This document shows positions 36,428-46,047 of a stretch of DNA of 64,000 bases, piece by piece; the stretch's first letter is position 1; each line of letters begins with the position of its first letter. The DNA is from Squalus acanthias. Its lineage: Eukaryota. The notes below the pieces were generated by a model, which did no database searches, was not told the DNA's origin, and worked only from the letters and a program-made list of their open reading frames with translations. Made by a program: the position numbers and the translations under genes. The DNA is taken from assembly GCA_030390025.1 (NCBI GenBank), contig JASTWF010000322.1, forward strand, positions 62,001 to 126,000, given 5' to 3'.

Positions 36428-37021
36428 AATGCACCGCAGCATGGTACATCGGCGAGACCATGCAGACACTGAGACAACGTGTGAACGAGCACCGCACAAC
36501 AATCACCAGGGAGGATTGTTACCTCCCAGTCGGGGAACACTTCAGCAGTCAAGGACATTCAGCCTCGGATCTGCGGGTAAGCGTTCTCCAAGGCAACCTT
36601 AGGAACACACGACAGCGCAAAATCATCGAGCAGAAACTGATAGCCAAGTTCCGCACTCATGAAGACGGTCTCAACCGGGATCTTGGGTTTATGTCACGAT
36701 ACATGACGTGATCCGGACTCGAGTCGTTGTTGGCTTGTTCACAGATGTGATTCCCAGTAAAAAAGTAAAATTTTTTACAGCTTATCGTTTTACATACAGA
36801 CGGCAGCTTTTGACACGTTAGACCCCTTGCGACTCCACCTCATTGTCTCAGTTGTATCTTGCTATGTCTTTGATGTGGTACCTTCCTGGCTGACCTGATT
36901 AACTTTATCACACCTCGGCAGATAGTCAGGATGATTTAATTTAGTTGTCTGCAATTGTAAGGTACACATGCATTGTTCTCTATCTATATATGCTTTGTCG
37001 AGTCTGTATTTCTTTACTACT

Positions 37022-37063
37022 TCACCTGAGGAAGGGGCGATCGATAGCTCCGAAAGCTTGTGA
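37022..37063 (+). ncRNA. Minimal type I hammerhead ribozyme motif (inverted pLTR copy)
   Basis: TCACCTGAGGAAGGGGCGATCGATAGCTCCGAAAGCTTGTGA. Confidence 0.7.
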
Positions 37064-37154
37064 TTTCAAATAAAACTGTTGGACTATAACCTGGTGTTGT
37101 GCGACCTCTCAATTTTGTCCACCCCAGTCCAACACCGGCATCTCCGCATCATGA

Positions 37155-37455
37155 CCATCAAACACTCCCAGGGCAGGTACAGCACGGGGTTAGATACAGA
37201 GTAAAGCTCCCTCTACACTGTCCCATCAAACACTCCCAGGGCAGGTACAGCACGGGTTAGATACAGAGTAAATCTCCCTCTACACTGTCCCATCAAACAC
37301 TCCCAGGGCAGGTACAGCACGGGTTAGATACAGAGTAAAGCTCCCTCTACACTGTCCCATCAAACACTCCCAGGGCAGGTACAGCACGGGTTAGATACTG
37401 AGTAAAGCTCCCTCTACACTGTCCCATCAAACACTCCCAGGGCAGGTGCTGTGCT
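37155..37455 (-). repeat. ~68-bp minisatellite, right part
   Basis: Same unit as 33545-33961. Confidence 0.92.
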
Positions 37456-37559
37456 GTACCTTCGACGCGATTCTAGAATTCTGATCTCAGCGCGCGGTTC
37501 ACGTGACCTCGTCAAGGAAACCTCGTGTCCCCCCTTGGGCTGGCCGCGTGACCTCTCAC

Positions 37560-37708
37560 CTCGATCTTGGCCGCCCGCGGGTTGATGATGTAGACGCGGT
37601 TCCTGTAGCCGCACCAGACCTTGTCGGCCACGGGGGCGGCGCAGCGCACGTTCTGGCGCGGGCGCCCGAGGTCCAGCGAGCGATGTCCAGTCACGTCCCA
37701 TGTCCCAT
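37560..37708 (-). CDS. JIP3/4-like exon (DGTWDVTGHRSLDLGRPRQNVRCAAPVADKVWCGYRNRVYIINPRAAKIE)
   Basis: CAG acceptor, GTGAGA donor; DG.WD.....LDLG.P...RC......VWCGY.N motif. Confidence 0.9.
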
Positions 37709-37747
37709 CTGCTGGAGAAAGGAGGAGAAGGTGGAGGATCAGCCCGA

Positions 37748-38970
37748 GAAACATAGAAAAATAGGAGCAGGAGTCGGCCATTCGGGCCCTTCGAGCCTGC
37801 TCCGCCATTCAATATGATCATGGCTGATCCTCTCTCTCAATACCATATTCCCGCTCTCTCCCCATACCCCTTGATGCCTTTTGTGTCTAGAAATCTATCT
37901 ATCTCCTTCTTAAATATATTCAGTGACTTGGCCTCCACAGCCTTCTGTGGTAGAGAATTCCACAGGTTCACCACCCTCTGAGTGAAGAAATTCCTCCTCA
38001 TCTCAGTCCTAAATGTCCTGCCCCGTATCCTGAGACTGTGACCCCTCGTTCTAGACCCCCCCCAGCCAGGGGAAACATCCTCCCTGCACCCAGTCTGTCT
38101 AGCCCTGTCAGAATTTTATACGTTTCAATGAGATCCCCTCTCATTCTTCTAAACTCTAGTGAATACAGGCCTAGTCGACCCAATCTCATAGAAGATAGGA
38201 GCAGGAGGAGGCCATTCGGCCCCTCGAGCCTGCTCCGCCATTCAATGAGATCATGGCTGATCATCCAAATTCAGTACCCTGTCCCTGCTTTCTGCCCATA
38301 TCCCTTGATCCCTTTAGCCTTAAGAAATATATCCAACTCCTTCTTGAATCTATTTAATGAATTGGCCTCTACTGCCTTCTGTGGTAGAGAATTCCACAGG
38401 TTCACCACTCTCTGGGTGAAGAAATTCCTCCTCATCTCAGTCCTAAATGGCTTACCCCTTATCCTTAGACTGTGACCCCTGGTTCTGGACTCTCCGACCA
38501 TCGGGAACATCCTTCCTGCATCTAGTCTGTCTAGTCCTGTTAGAATTTTATAAGTTTCAATGAGATCCCCTCTCATTCTTCTAAACTCCAGGTGAGTATA
38601 AGCCCAATCGACCCAATCTCTCCTCATACGTCATTCCTGCCATCCCAGGTATCAGTCTGGTGAATCTTCGCTGCACTCCCTCCATGGCAAGAACATCCTT
38701 CCTCAGATAAGGCGACCAAAACTGCACACAGTACTCAAGGTGTGGTCTCACCAAGGCCCTGTACAGCTGCAGCAGGACATCCTTGCTCCTGCACTCGAAT
38801 CCTCTCGCTACAAAGGCCAACATACCATTTGCCTTCTTAACCGCCTGCTGCACCTGCATGCTTACCTTCAGCGACTGGTGCACAAGGACACCCAGGTCTC
38901 GTTGCACCTCCCCTTTTCCCAATCTATTGCCGTTCAGATAATAGTCTGCCTTCTGTTTTTGACACCAAAG
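37748..38970 (-). mobile_element. Two tandem CR1 3' fragments
   Basis: ORFs 37998-38264, 38271-38627, 38581-39045; CR1 3' stem-loops at ~37770 and ~38200. Confidence 0.9.
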
Positions 38971-39141
38971 TTTTTGCCATCTCTCCTCATACGACAGTCC
39001 TGCCATCCCGCAAGGAACGTTCAGACTCTCCCCCCCCCCTCCCACCCGCCCCCAGGGAGAGGGAAGCGTTTGATCTGGAATGGGGAGGTGTGGGGAGGTC
39101 GGGGGGTCAGAGGTCTATCGGCCGGCGGTGGGGTCACGTAC

Positions 39142-39209
39142 CTGAGTTACGGTGGAAGATGGCCAGAGTTCCGTTCCCGAGTGTCGCCACCACGAACCCA
39201 CGGGTGTAC
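39142..39209 (-). CDS. JIP3/4-like exon (YTRGFVVATLGNGTLAIFHRNS), most 5' exon visible before the gap
   Basis: CCACAG acceptor, GTACGT donor; GTLAIFHR motif; phase-compatible with the next exon. Confidence 0.85.
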
Positions 39210-39298
39210 CTGTGGAAGGAGGGAGGGGGTCAAATGGGAAGGGTCAACACCGAGGGTCAGTCAAGCCTCTCCACCCCGGCAACCTCCCCTCCCAACCC

Positions 39299-39498
39299 NN
39301 NNNNNNNNNNNNNNNNNNNNNNNNNNNNNNNNNNNNNNNNNNNNNNNNNNNNNNNNNNNNNNNNNNNNNNNNNNNNNNNNNNNNNNNNNNNNNNNNNNNN
39401 NNNNNNNNNNNNNNNNNNNNNNNNNNNNNNNNNNNNNNNNNNNNNNNNNNNNNNNNNNNNNNNNNNNNNNNNNNNNNNNNNNNNNNNNNNNNNNNNNN
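39299..39498. other. Assembly gap (200 N, placeholder size)
   Basis: Run of N. Confidence 1.
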
Positions 39499-39689
39499 GG
39501 GAAAAGTTTGTCACAATTGAAACTATTTTCAGTATTAAAAATATTTGACCGGAACTACTTTGTTATTAAACTATTTCCAGTATTAAAACACTATTTCAAC
39601 ATGATGTGGAGATGCCGGTGTTGGACTGGGGTGGACAAAAGTGAGAAGTCGCACAACACCAGGTTATAGTCCAACAGCTTTATTTGAAA

Positions 39690-39726
39690 TCACAAGCTTT
39701 CGGAGCGCTGCTCCTTCGTCAGGTGA
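39690..39726 (-). ncRNA. Minimal hammerhead ribozyme motif
   Basis: TCAC-CTGACGA-A-GGAGC AGC GCTCC-GAAA-GCTT-GTGA on the minus strand. Confidence 0.7.
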
Positions 39727-39895
39727 AGTGAAGAGATGCATATAGTCACAGCATATATAGTCAGAGAACACTGCCAGATGACTGCAGTTAATCTTTCTAA
39801 CTGCCCTTTATCACACCTCAGTTAGAAAGATTAACTGCAGTCATCTGGCAGTGTTCTCTGACTATGTATGCTGAGCCTATATGCATCTCTTCACT

Positions 39896-39932
39896 TCACC
39901 TGACGAAGGAGTAGCGCTCCGAAAGCTTGTGA
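39896..39932 (+). ncRNA. Minimal hammerhead ribozyme motif
   Basis: TCACCTGACGAAGGAGTAGCGCTCCGAAAGCTTGTGA. Confidence 0.7.
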
Positions 39933-40156
39933 TTTCAAATAAAGCTGTTGGACTATAACCTGCTGTTGTGCGACTTCTCACTATTTCAACAAGCTGGGGC
40001 GTTCTCCCCGGTGTCCTCGATAAGCAAGGGGGGTGAAAGGTTATCGGGGGCAGGCGGGAATGTGGAGTAATCGGATCAGCCATGATCTCATTGAATGGTG
40101 GAGCAGGCTCGAGGGGCCGAGTGGCCGACTCCTGCTCCTAATTCGTATGTTCGTGT

Positions 40157-40370
40157 CTCCTGGGGCTAATATTTCTCCCTCAACCCACATCACTAAAAAA
40201 CAGATGATCTGGTCATTTATCACATTCCTGTTTGTGGGAGCTTGCTGTGCGCAAATTGGCTGCCGCGTTTCCCACATTACAACAGTGACTCCACTTCTAA
40301 AAGTAATTCATTGGCTGCGAAGTGCTTTGGGACGTCCTGAGGTGGTGAAAGGCGCTATAGAAATGCAAGA
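40157..40370 (+). mobile_element. Deu-domain SINE 3' half
   Basis: CTGTTTGTGGGAGCTTGCTGTGCGCAAATTGGCTGCC ... GTGAAAGGCGCTATAGAAATGCAAG. Confidence 0.75.
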
Positions 40371-40741
40371 CTAGTTCCAATATTAAAAGTATCGTAATTA
40401 AACTATTTCCTGTTATCACACTAGTTCGAAAATTAAACTTTTAACATTAAACTATACCAACATTAAACAACTTCCAATAGTAAAATTATTTTAACATGAA
40501 ACTCGGCTGCACATTCAAACTCAGCCCGATATGTTAACATTAAACTATTTACATTATTATTTTAACTGCATTATTTCCAGCAGCAATCTGTCAATGTTAA
40601 ACTGTGGTGCCCTTAAACTCCGCCGTGCTATTAACACCCCCCCCCCACTGCGATAGTAAACTCCTCTGCACTACTAACACTAGCTGCACCATTGTAACTA
40701 TTTAAACCATTGTAACAATTTTCACCATTAATGCTATTAAA

Positions 40742-41052
40742 ACGGTGGCAGAGTGGTTAGCACTGTTGCCTCACAGCGCCAGGGACCCGGGTTCGAATCC
40801 GGCCTCGGGTGACTGTCTGTGTGGAATTTGCACATTCTCCCCGTGTCTGCGTGGGTTTCCTCCGGGTGCTCCGGTTTCCTCCCACACTCCAAAGATGTGC
40901 GGGTTAGGTTGATTTGGCTATGATAAATTGACCCTTAGTGTTAGGGGGATTAAATGTGTGGGGTTACAGGGATAGGGTGGGATATGTGTCGGTGCAGGCT
41001 CGATGGGCCGAAATGGCCTCTATCTGCATTGTGGGGATTCTGTGATTCTGTG
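40742..41052 (+). mobile_element. HE1/V-SINE family SINE
   Basis: Near-identical to 30509-30790, with A/B boxes and V domain; ends (ATTCTGTG)2. Confidence 0.88.
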
Positions 41053-41054
41053 AA

Positions 41055-43065
41055 AACTAGCTGCACCATTAAAACTAAATACACTTTGTACCATTACAAT
41101 TATTTGCACCATTTAAACTAGCTGTACCATTAAAACTAAATGCACTATTTGCACCATTAAAACTAGCTGCACCATTAAAACTGTTATAACTAGCTGCACC
41201 ATTCAAACTATTGTAACTAACTTCACCATTAAAACTAGCTGCACCATTAAAACTATTGGGCCAGAAATTCGGCCCTTGCCGGGTGAGTATGCACTGTGTA
41301 CTCACCCGTAAGGCCTCCTGAAGTGCCGGTTTCTTGCATGCACTGCGCATACGCGAGAGACTGGAACTTCCGGTCTGGTGAAGGGAGGGGTTGAGAGGTG
41401 AACCGCGTGCACGGTAGAGGCTGCGCGCACGCAGCGAACTTAGCTTTTTTTCAGGTTTCTCCGGGAAGGTAAACATTGCAGAAGCTGCGCTTTTAAAAAG
41501 GAGGCGCAAGACCCGTTTTTAACAAGGTAAGTGGTTAATTAATTACAATTTAAAAATTTCTCAACAGGTTTATCTTTTTTAGATACTTTAAAGAAAGGTA
41601 AGTTTATTTTTAGCACCGTTAAAAAGTATTTTAATTTTTTCAAAAATTTAAATTTTGTTTAAAGTAGTTAATTTATTTAACTTATAGTTATTTTAAAAAT
41701 GTGATGGTTTTTTAAAAAATGTATTTTAAGTTTAGCTGTTCTTTTGGGGCCGATTTCAATTCATAGATTTGACAGGTCTCCTGTCAAATCTATGAATGAA
41801 AGATGGTCTGCTGCCATTGGCTCTCCATGGCCCACGTAATCCCAGGGGACGCATTGCACTAACTGCGCCTCTGGGACACGCAGGCACTGCGCGCCGGCAG
41901 TTGGAGCAGGCCCAGGAGCTGAAGTCCCCGTGGGCCAGAAGCAGAACGGCAGACGCGGTAGGTAAGTGCGCGCGTGATCCTTACCCCCGCGGGAAGCCGG
42001 AGAGGCGAATTTCTGGGCCATTATAACTAGCTGCACCATTAAAACTATTATAACTAGCTGCACTATTAAAACTAGCCTTACCATTAAAACTATTAAACTA
42101 GCTGCACCATTAAAACTATTGTAACTAGCTGCACCATTAAAACTATTGTAACTAGCTGCACCATTAAAATTAGCTGCACCATTAAAACTAAAGGCAGTAT
42201 TGTGTATTTACACCAGTCACCATTGACAGTATTTGCACCATTAAAACTATTGTAAATATTTGCACCATTAAAGCTATTTTAAATATTTGCACCATTAAAG
42301 CTATTTTAAATATTTGCACCATTAAAGCTATTTTAAATATTTGCACCATTAAAGCTATTTTAAATATTTGCACCATTAAAACTCTTGTAACTAGCTGCAC
42401 CATTAAAACCCTTGTAACTAGTTGCACCATTAAAACCCTTGTAACTAGCTGCACCATTAAAACCCTTGTAACTAGCTGCACCATTAAAACCCTTGTAACT
42501 AGCTGCACCATTAAAACCCTTGTAACTAGCTGCACCATTAAAACCATTGTAACTAGCTGCACCATTAAAACTAGCTGCACCATTAAAACTATTGTAACTA
42601 GCTGTACCATTAAAACTATTTGCACCATTAAAACTATTAAAATTAGCTGCACCATTTAAACTCTTGTAACTAGCTGCAGCATTAAAACTATTTGCACCAT
42701 TAAAACTATTGTAACTAGTTTCACCATATAAAACTATTTGCAGCATTAAAACTATTTGCACCATTAAAACTACTGTAACTAGCTGCACCATTAAAACTAT
42801 TGTAACTAGCTGCACCATTAAAACTATTTGCAACTAGCTGCACCATTAAAACTATTTGCAACTAGCTGCACCATTGTAACTATTTGCACCATTAAAACTC
42901 TTGTAACTAGCTGCACCATTAAAACTATTTGCAACTAGTTGCACCATTGTAACTATTTGCACCATTAAAACTCTTGTAACTAGCTGCACCATTAAAACTA
43001 TTTGCAGCATTAAAACTATCTGCACCATTAAAACTATTGTAACTAGCTGCACCATTAAAACTCTT
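41055..43065. repeat. AT-rich 18/27-bp minisatellite (GCACCATTAAAACTATTGTAACTAGCT) interrupted by a MITE
   Basis: Direct inspection; degenerate units also at 39500-39600 and 40370-40740. Confidence 0.9.
41258..42019. mobile_element. Harbinger-like MITE
   Basis: TIRs GGGCCAGAAATTCG / CGAATTTCTGGGCC; 3-bp TSD ATT (41255-41257, 42020-42022); removal restores the host minisatellite unit. Confidence 0.78.
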
Positions 43066-43492
43066 GTGCCTGTCTGCAGTACAGTCACAGGGAGTGTTTG
43101 CAGTGCGAAAGCCCCCTGCGTGCTGTGCAGTAACTGGGGGCAGATGTGGAGAGGGGCTCTGCCACAATCTCAATGGATGGATGGATGGATGGGGGATTCC
43201 CCCTCCCCCCGGGGCTCCGCCTCCTCTCTCGCTCGCTCTCTCCCCGCGTGCGCCGGGCCGGGACAAAGGCCCGGGGATTGGGAGGGGGAATCCGGGGAGG
43301 TGGGACTGGGGATTGGATCAATCGGCGGCCTGGATCCCCCCGGGGGGGGAATGGTAGCGCTGACTCTCTCTCGCTCTCTGTGGGGAGAGCGGGCAGTAGG
43401 CCCGGAAAGCCTGGGGCTGGAGTAGGCTCCCCGCTGCTCTCGATGTGAGGGAGGGGGAACGTAGGCCACGGCCGCGCGCCTTCGCCACTTAC

Positions 43493-43541
43493 CCTGCCGG
43501 TTTTCGTGCAGCTGCTTCTCGAACTCGTCGAACTCCGACAT
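43493..43541 (-). CDS. U2AF2: Splicing factor U2AF 65 kDa subunit, coding exon 1 (MSEFDEFEKQLHENRQ)
   Basis: Matches the U2AF65 N-terminus MSDFDEFERQLNENKQ; 49-nt coding exon ending G|GTAAGT; lies in a CpG island. Confidence 0.9.
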
Positions 43542-43599
43542 GTTTGTGTGGCGGTGGTTTTAATCTTTTTCTCTCTCCCTCGGCCGCCCGTTCGATTTT

Positions 43600-44370
43600 T
43601 TTTTCCTCGCCTCCTCCTCCCGCCGCCTTCTCGCTCCTTCCTCGGCGCGCTCGAGAGGACCCGGCGTCTGCGCCTGCGCCGCTTGGGAGGACCGAGGGTG
43701 TGCGCCTGCGCCGCTTGGGAGGACCAAGGGTGTGCGCCTGCGCCGCTTGGGAGGACCAAGGGTGTGCGCCTGCGCCGCTTGGGAGGCCTGTGGGTCTGAG
43801 GATGTGCGCCTGCGCCGGTTGGGAGGACCGAGAATATGCGCCTGCGCCAATTGGGAGGACCGAGGATATGCGCCTGCGCCGCTTGGGAGGACTGTGGGTC
43901 CCAGGATGTGCGCCTGCGCCGGTTGGGAGGACCGAGGATCGACGCCTGCGCCGGTTTTTTTTGGGAGCACCGAGGATCTACGCAGAGGCCGAGGTTGCTT
44001 TGGAGGACTTGAGGGACAGCACCAATGGTCTCGGGCAGGCAGTCAGGTTGCTAGGAGGACTGAGGCGGTGGTTAGTGGAGAAGGGGGGAGAGGGCGGCTT
44101 GGGAGAACCAACAGGTTGCTTTTGGAGGACTTAAGGGTTGCGCGCAGGCGCAGGAGCCTTGGAGGACCAGCCGCGGCTATTGGAGGACTCGGCATTGCGC
44201 ACGCGCACTCGCCGCCGCCCGGGGAGGGCGGGGTGGAGGCGGGCAGTCGGCGCACGCGCACTCGAAATATCGAACGAGCCGCGCCTGGGAGGCAAGAGAA
44301 GACGCTTATCTTCAACTGGGAGGAGTGGTGGTGGAGGACTCTTGCTGGCAGGTCGGCCATTTTGGGGGTT
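43600..44370. promoter_or_regulatory. CpG-island bidirectional promoter (U2AF2 / ISOC2) with tandem NRF1-type sites
   Basis: TGCGCCTGCGC at 43669, 43701, 43733, 43765, 43805, 43837, 43869, 43909; inverted GCGCAGGCGCA at ~44142; YY1-like GCCATTTT at ~44356. Confidence 0.7.
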
Positions 44371-44744
44371 GACCACATTTTAACACAGCAATGGATCTGG
44401 CCAGGTTTCTGCCTCAGGGATGAGTGTAAAGACTTAAAAAGGCTAATGTAGACTCGGGGGATAATTGGGCAACCAACCGGCCTGATTAGAGCCAGCTCTG
44501 GCCTACTTAACACCATTAATAATCTCAATTCCACATCTCCGCATTCAACATGTCAACTTGGCCGACCTCTGACCCCGGTTCATCTCTGACCTCCCCCCCC
44601 ACTCCCCCAGCGTGCAACGTCGTGGCGCCTTGACTAGCAGGGTCACAACTTTTTCCACCTGCGTTATTCTTTTTGCCTTGAGTCCTGGTTCCCCCAATTC
44701 TGGCCAGTGCACACTTCAAGAAGGACGTCAAAAAGAGAAAGACT

Positions 44745-45310
44745 CGCATTTCTCCGGCACCTTTCACCTCCTCAGGACGTCCCAAAGCGTTTTACAGCCA
44801 ATGACATACTTCTTTTGAAGTGTGGGCACTGTTGTAATGTAGGAAACGGCAATTTGCGCACAGCAAGCTCCCACAAGCAGCAATGTGATAATGACCAGAT
44901 AATCTGTTTTAGTGATGTAGGTTGAGGGATAAATATTGGCTCCAGGACACCGGGGAGAACACTTCCTCAAAATAGTGCCATGGGATCTTTATGTCCACCT
45001 GAGAGGGCAGACGGGTTTAAGCTCTCATCTGAAAGATGGCACCTCCCTCAGTACTGGCACCGGGGAGTGTGGGCCTGGGTTATGGGCTCGAGTCCTAGAG
45101 TATATACATCTACCTCCGACAGTGCAGCGCTCCCTCAGTACTGGCACCGGGGAGTGTGGGCCTGGATTATGGGGCTCCGGTCCTAGAGTATATACACCTA
45201 CCTCAGACAGTGCAGCGCTCCCTCAGTACTGGCACCGGGGAGTGTGGGCCTGGATTATGGAGCTCAAGTCTCTGGAGTGCAACTTGAACCCACAAGCTTC
45301 TGTCGCAGAG
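44745..45310 (-). mobile_element. Deu-domain SINE with internal tandem repeat
   Basis: Reverse complement of the 12115-12672 family. Confidence 0.8.
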
Positions 45311-45354
45311 GCGAGAGAGCCACGCCTGTCATGGCCTTGGTGAAGTTTATGGGG

Positions 45355-46030
45355 AGATCGACCAGAATGGGACCGGGGGTGAGAGACTTCAGTTACGTGG
45401 AGAGACTGGGGATGCTGGGGATGTTCTCCTTGAAGCAGAGAAGGTTAAGGGGTGATTGACCAGAATGGTACCAGGGATGAGGGACTTCAGTGATCTGGAG
45501 AGATTGGAGAAGCTGGGGTTGTTCTCCTTAGAGCAGAGAAGGTTAAGGGGGAGATTGATCAGAATGGTACCAGGGATGAGGGACTTCAGTGATGTGGAGA
45601 GACTGGAGAAGCTGGGGTTGTTCTCCTTAAAGCAGAGAAGGTTAAGGGGAGATTTAATAGAGGTGTTCAAAATCATGAAAGGTTTTGATAGAGTAAATAA
45701 GGAGAAACTGTTTCCAGTGGCAGGAGGGTGGGTAACCAGAGGACACAGATTGAAGATAATTGGCAAAAGAACCAGAGGGGGAGATGAGGAAACATTTTTT
45801 ACGCAGCGAGTTGTTGTGATCTGGAACGCGCTGCCTGAAAGGGCGGTGGAAGCAGATTCAATAGTAACTTTCAAAAGGGGAATTGGAGAAATACTTGAAA
45901 GGGAAAAAGTTACAGGGCTGTGGGGAAAGAGCGAGGGGGGGAGTGGGACTAATTGGAGAGCTCGACCAAAGAGCCGGCACAGGCACGATGGGCCGAATGG
46001 CCTCCTTCTGTGCTGTAAGATTCAATGATT
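45355..46030 (+). mobile_element. CR1 3' fragment with 99-bp tandem triplication
   Basis: ORF 45456-46028. Confidence 0.88.
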
Positions 46031-46047
46031 CTCTGCTCCCTTTAATA

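Larger units (their letters stand above)
33962..37154 (-). mobile_element. Penelope-like retroelement (Neptune type), 5'-truncated, with inverted copy of its 3' end
   Basis: RT + GIY-YIG ORF on the minus strand; arms 33962-34668 and 36428-37110 are inverted repeats; flanked by CCATCAAACACT direct repeats. Confidence 0.93.
39601..39980. mobile_element. Palindromic non-autonomous Penelope derivative (two inverted pLTR ends with hammerheads)
   Basis: Arms 39641-39803 and 39819-39980 are near-perfect inverted repeats homologous to the ends of the 33962-37154 element; TSD CTATTTCAAC (39591-39600, 39981-39990). Confidence 0.85.

Noticed and set aside
36421..36711. Separate GIY-YIG nuclease gene on the + strand
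   Set aside because: It is the inverted duplicate of the PLE 3' end and lacks the first half of the motif.
39142..43541. U2AF2 exon 1 spliced to the JIP-like exons as a fusion gene
   Set aside because: U2AF2 exon 1 ends in phase 1 while the exon at 39209 needs phase 2, and an assembly gap separates them.
43445..44451. Overlapping 200+ aa ORFs in the CpG island
   Set aside because: Products of high GC and the 32-bp promoter repeat; only the 49-nt U2AF2 exon is supported.
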